A DNA stretch of 64,000 nt, from NCBI GenBank assembly GCA_947482825.1, contig CANKMT010000013.1, forward strand, positions 1,714 to 65,713, written 5' to 3'. Positions 60,123-64,000 of the stretch are shown piece after piece. The DNA is from Betaproteobacteria bacterium (GTDB lineage Bacteria > Pseudomonadota > Gammaproteobacteria > Burkholderiales > SG8-39). The notes beneath the pieces were generated by a model. It had not been told where the DNA came from and did no database searches. It was given only the letters and a program-made list of their open reading frames with translations. A program made the translations under genes and the position numbers. Numbering within the stretch: the first letter of the stretch is position 1; every line of letters starts with the position of its first letter.

Positions 60123-61802
60123 ATGTATCAGTTCATCATCCGAAACGCCACCCTCTACGATGGCCTGGGCTCGCCGGGCGTCCGGGCCGACCTCGCGGTA
60201 CGGGACGGCCGCATTGCAGCGATCGGGCCGATTGATGCGCCCGCAGGCGAAATAATCGATGCCGAAGGCCTCGCCCTGATGCCCGGCATCATCGACAACC
60301 ACACCCATTACGACGCGCAATTGACCTGGGATCCGTTCGCGACCCCGTCGCCCGCGCATGGCGTGACCACCGCCATCATCGGCAATTGCGGTTTCACGAT
60401 CGCGCCGTGCAAGCCCGAGGACCGCGAGCAGGTCATGCAAAATCTCACCCAGGTCGAAGGCATGGGCCTGGAAACCCTGCGGGCCGGCGTTCGATGGGAT
60501 TTCGAGAGCTTCCCGGAATACATGGACCTGCTCGAGAAACAGGGCACCGCGCTCAACATTGCAGCCTTCGTCGGGCATTCGTCGGTCCGCACGTTCGTCA
60601 TGGGTTCAGACGCGCCGAAACGCGCGGCCACCCCGGCAGAGATCGCCAGCATGCGCGCCATCGTCGTCGAAGCAATGCAGGCCGGCGCGGTGGGTTTCGC
60701 GACCTCGACTTCGCCCGCGCACAACGGCCACGGCGGGCTGCCGATGCCTTCGCGCCTGGCGCAGGACGACGAATTGCGCGCGCTGGTGACCAGCCTCAAG
60801 GAATCCGGGCGAGGGGTTTTCATGCTGACCAAGGGTGGACAGAGCACGCCAGCCTTCCTCGAGTCCCTTGCGGCGGAAAGCGGCCGGCCCGTGGTGGTGG
60901 CCGCGCTCTTGCACAACCCGACCAACCCGAACGTGGTCTTCGACGAACTCGACGCGATCAGCGCGGCCAACGCGCGCGGCCGCACGATGATGGGCGCCAT
61001 CTCGTGTTGCCCGTTGTCGTTCGACTTCACGCTCGAGTCCCCCTACCCGATAGAAAGCCTCGCGGCGTGGAAACCGGCGTTCGCGCTCAAGGGCGAGGCG
61101 CGCAAGGCGATGCTGGCCGATCCGGCCTTCCGGCAATCGATCCGCGACGAGTTGTCGCTCCCGGCGCAGGTGCGCAATTTCAACGGCGAATGGGACAAGG
61201 TGCAGGTCGTGGAAACCTTTCTCCCTGCGCACGCGAAGTACGAGCAGCGCACACTGGCCGATCTTGCGGCCGAAGCCGGCAAGGATCCGCTCGACTTCTT
61301 CTTCGACCTGGCGCTGGCCGAAGACCTGCGCACCGTGTTCGTGGCCTTGACGCTCAATTCGGACGAGGATGCCGTCGCGCGCCTGATCCGCCATCCTTAC
61401 AGCCTCGTCTCGCTGTCCGATGCCGGGGCGCACCTGACATTCTTCAATGACGCGGGTTTCGGCCTGCACCTTCTCGGCCATTGGGTGCGAGCCAAAGGGG
61501 TGCTGGACCTCCCGCAGGCGATCTACCGTCTCACGGGCCAGCCCGCGAAGCTCTTCGGGATCCGCGATCGGGGCGCACTCAGCGTCGGGAATGCGGCAGA
61601 CCTCGTGATTTTCGACCCAAAGACGGTCGACCGCGGCCCCAAGGAAAGGGTCCGCGATCTTCCTGCCGGTGGCGCACGCCTGACGACGCGCGCGATCGGC
61701 GTGCACGGCGTGTGGGTCAACGGCGAGCGGATTGCAGACGAGAACGGCATGCTTCCCCTCAAGCATCTGCCGGGCCGCCTGCTGCGCGAATTCGCCGCCT
61801 GA
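60123..61802 (+). CDS. N-acyl-D-amino-acid deacylase family amidohydrolase
   Basis: PGIIDNHTHYD, GVTT.IIGNCG, SDAGAH, ADLVIFDP. Confidence 0.88.
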   Translation: MYQFIIRNATLYDGLGSPGVRADLAVRDGRIAAIGPIDAPAGEIIDAEGLALMPGIIDNHTHYDAQLTWDPFATPSPAHGVTTAIIGNCGFTIAPCKPEDREQVMQNLTQVEGMGLETLRAGVRWDFESFPEYMDLLEKQGTALNIAAFVGHSSVRTFVMGSDAPKRAATPAEIASMRAIVVEAMQAGAVGFATSTSPAHNGHGGLPMPSRLAQDDELRALVTSLKESGRGVFMLTKGGQSTPAFLESLAAESGRPVVVAALLHNPTNPNVVFDELDAISAANARGRTMMGAISCCPLSFDFTLESPYPIESLAAWKPAFALKGEARKAMLADPAFRQSIRDELSLPAQVRNFNGEWDKVQVVETFLPAHAKYEQRTLADLAAEAGKDPLDFFFDLALAEDLRTVFVALTLNSDEDAVARLIRHPYSLVSLSDAGAHLTFFNDAGFGLHLLGHWVRAKGVLDLPQAIYRLTGQPAKLFGIRDRGALSVGNAADLVIFDPKTVDRGPKERVRDLPAGGARLTTRAIGVHGVWVNGERIADENGMLPLKHLPGRLLREFAA

Positions 61803-61803
61803 A

Positions 61804-62223
61804 ATGCAGATCCCGGCCGGATTCGAACCGCTCCAGCGCACCAGCCCCTTCAGCGCGCTCGTGGGCCCTTTGCATACCAAGGGGGAAGGCGCCGGGCGAG
61901 TCATCGGACTGCTCGTCGAGGACAAGCACTGCAATTCGCGCGGCATCGTCCATGGCGGGCTGCTCGCCACGCTGGCCGACCTTGCGCTCGGCTACACGAT
62001 CGCATTCCTGTCGAACCCGCCCAAAAGCGCGGTCATGGCCAGCCTGACGATCGATTACGTCGGCAGCGCCAGGGTCGGCGACTGGCTCGAGGTGCATACC
62101 GACTTCCAGAAAAGCGGCGGCCGCCTCACCTTTGCGAACTGCTACGTGCACGCGGGAGATGCACGCATCGTGCGCGCCAGCGCCGTATTCGCGTCCTCGG
62201 GCGAGCGCCGGCCGGGAAGCTGA
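61804..62223 (+). CDS. PaaI-type hotdog thioesterase
   Basis: HCNSRGIVHGGLLATLAD, LTIDYV. Confidence 0.88.
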   Translation: MQIPAGFEPLQRTSPFSALVGPLHTKGEGAGRVIGLLVEDKHCNSRGIVHGGLLATLADLALGYTIAFLSNPPKSAVMASLTIDYVGSARVGDWLEVHTDFQKSGGRLTFANCYVHAGDARIVRASAVFASSGERRPGS

Positions 62224-62229
62224 CAGGCG

Positions 62230-62808
62230 TCAGAGGGAAAGCACCAGCCAGAGGCCCGCGAAGGTGATCACGGCACCGCCCGCGCGAAACGCTGCGGCCT
62301 GCGGCCTCAGCGTCCATGCCGCGGCGATTCCGAAAGCATGGAGCGCGGCCGTGGCCATGAGGAACCCGACGATGTAGCTCCCCGGGTTCGCGAACTCCGG
62401 CACCTCGGTCCCATGCGCGTAGCCATGGAACAAGCCGATGATCGCCGCCAGCGGTGCGGCCCAATGCCACGATCCGCGCACCGCCAGCGCCAGGAGCATA
62501 CCGAGGACCACGACCGATGCGGCGACCCCGGCCTCGGCCAGCGGAATGGTCCCCCCCGCGATTCCCACAGCGGCGCCCAGCACCATCGCAGCCATGAACG
62601 CGGCCGGCATCGCAATCAGGTTGCGCGCCCCCGAGCGCGCCGCCCACAGGCCCACGGCGATCATTGCGATCAGGTGATCGATGCCCGAGAACGGGTGCAG
62701 CAACCCGGACTCGAAACTGCCGTTGGCGTGAACGCCGATGTGCGCGTGGACGACATTGCTGCGGACGAGCCCGATGACGAGAAGAGCGACTCCGCACGCA
62801 TGGTTCAT
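62230..62808 (-). CDS. HupE/UreJ family nickel/cobalt permease
   Basis: AHIG, HPFSGIDHLIAM, FHGYAHG, ATAALHA. Confidence 0.9.
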   Translation of the reverse strand: MNHACGVALLVIGLVRSNVVHAHIGVHANGSFESGLLHPFSGIDHLIAMIAVGLWAARSGARNLIAMPAAFMAAMVLGAAVGIAGGTIPLAEAGVAASVVVLGMLLALAVRGSWHWAAPLAAIIGLFHGYAHGTEVPEFANPGSYIVGFLMATAALHAFGIAAAWTLRPQAAAFRAGGAVITFAGLWLVLSL

Positions 62809-62895
62809 GCCTTTCTCCCGGCTATTGTTATATGCGCGGATTCTAGCAAGGGGCATGCCGGAAGTTCGCGACGCCCTTATTGTATTCTTCGCGCC

Positions 62896-63839
62896 ATGAG
62901 TCCCCCAGTCGAGAAAGGCCTCGCCCACTGGTCTTTCGCGATCGCGATCGCCCTGATGGTCATCTGGGGCATCAACTTTTCAGTCACCAAGACGATCCTG
63001 GAGCAGGTCTCGGTGCCTGAGATGCTTTTCGTGCGCTTCCTGTGGATGATGCTGCTGGGCATCGTCATGTTGGCGTGGCTGTACCGCGGACGGCTGCGCG
63101 CCTCAATCCCGAACCGGCGCGACTGGCCGCGCTTCGTCGCCGCGGGACTCATCGGCCACACGGCGCATGTCGGCATTGTCACCGTGGGCCTGCACATGTC
63201 GACGCCGTTTTCGAGTTCGCTCGTTTTGACCAGCGGCCCGTTGTGGACCCTGCTGATCCTCGCCGCGCTCGGCGCCGAGCGGCTGCGCAGGGCGCAGGTG
63301 GTCGGCACGGTGTTGGCGTTCCTCGGGATCCTGCTCTTCATGTCGGACAAGTTCACCAGCGGCGTGCTTCGCGCCGGGTTGGGTGACCTCGTGCTGCTGT
63401 TCGCCGCCGGCCTCTTTTCGCTCTACACCGTGGTGGCGCGGCCCCTCAGCTCGCGCTACGGCGCCCCGGTGCTCCTGGGCTACACGCTCGTGGTCGGGGC
63501 GCGCCGCCGGTGCTTCTGTTCACCCTGCCCGCCTTCCTCTCGGAGCCATGGCGCCAAGTCCCCATGGCCGTCTGGCTGTCGATGTTCTATGCGGTGACGA
63601 TCTCTTCTTTCCTCGGCTGGCTGAGCTGGGCCAGGATCAACCAGGTCCGCGGCGTCGCGAAAAGCGCACCGCTCATGTACCTGATGCCGCCGATTGCGGG
63701 ACTCGTATCATGGATTACGCTCGGCGAAACGTTTACGTGGCTCAAGATCATCGGCGCGCTGGTGACGATGATCGGCGTAGCCTGGGCGCAGTTCGCCGGC
63801 GGACTGCGCAATACGGTGGTGCAGGCCGAAAGCGGCTAA
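62896..63839 (+). pseudogene. DMT/EamA transporter with frameshift at about 63502
   Basis: WGINF, RFL, multi-TM segments. Removing the extra CG at 63502-63503 joins the two ORFs as VGAPPVLLF. Confidence 0.82.
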
Positions 63840-63848
63840 ACTGCGGGC

Positions 63849-64000
63849 ATGCACACGAACTCGCCAAGGCCGGCCCGGTTTGCAGCCGTGTTGTCCATCC
63901 TGACATTGTGCGCCGGACCGGCGCTCGCGCACAAGCCTTCGCTCCAGGAGTGCCGCGAGGCCGGGGAGTTCGTCCGCAATGCCGCCCTTGCGCGAGATGC
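63849..64000 (+). CDS. secreted hypothetical protein, 5' part (runs off window)
   Basis: MHTNSPRPARFAAVLSILTLCAGPALAHKPSLQECREAGEFVRNAALARD: signal peptide, open to the window end. Confidence 0.55.
   Translation, partial: MHTNSPRPARFAAVLSILTLCAGPALAHKPSLQECREAGEFVRNAALARD

Overview
GC-rich bacterial chromosomal segment. It looks like a Betaproteobacterium (four stand-alone Bug/TctC binding proteins, TRAP and ABC importers), but the taxon is inferred from gene content only. About 65 tightly packed genes, mostly for small-molecule uptake and catabolism: four amidohydrolase-superfamily enzymes, three M20 hydrolases, a ureohydrolase, an orphan Mo-hydroxylase large subunit, an intradiol dioxygenase, and HMG-CoA-lyase-like and MetE-like enzymes. 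I recognised no rRNA, tRNA, CRISPR array, transposase or integrase. Highlights: (1) a divergent cluster encoding a CADD-like heme-oxygenase-like diiron enzyme, two [2Fe-2S] ferredoxins, a small unknown protein, a GlcG/HbpS heme-binding protein and a GntR regulator, with repeated GTATAC operator-like sites; (2) a response-regulator HD-GYP protein fused to a roughly 880-aa 14-residue-periodic Ala/Glu helical stalk with a C-terminal membrane anchor, interrupted by one frameshift and one amber stop; (3) an integron attC-like site at the window start; (4) an ABC/DUF1028/two-Rid/atypical ureohydrolase/atypical amidohydrolase island; (5) several long intergenic inverted repeats and a 26-nt motif present twice, 33 kb apart; (6) five single-base-scale lesions in four genes, either from assembly error or early decay. 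Start codons were re-picked by eye from RBS and gene-overlap evidence. All family calls come from motif recognition, not database searches.
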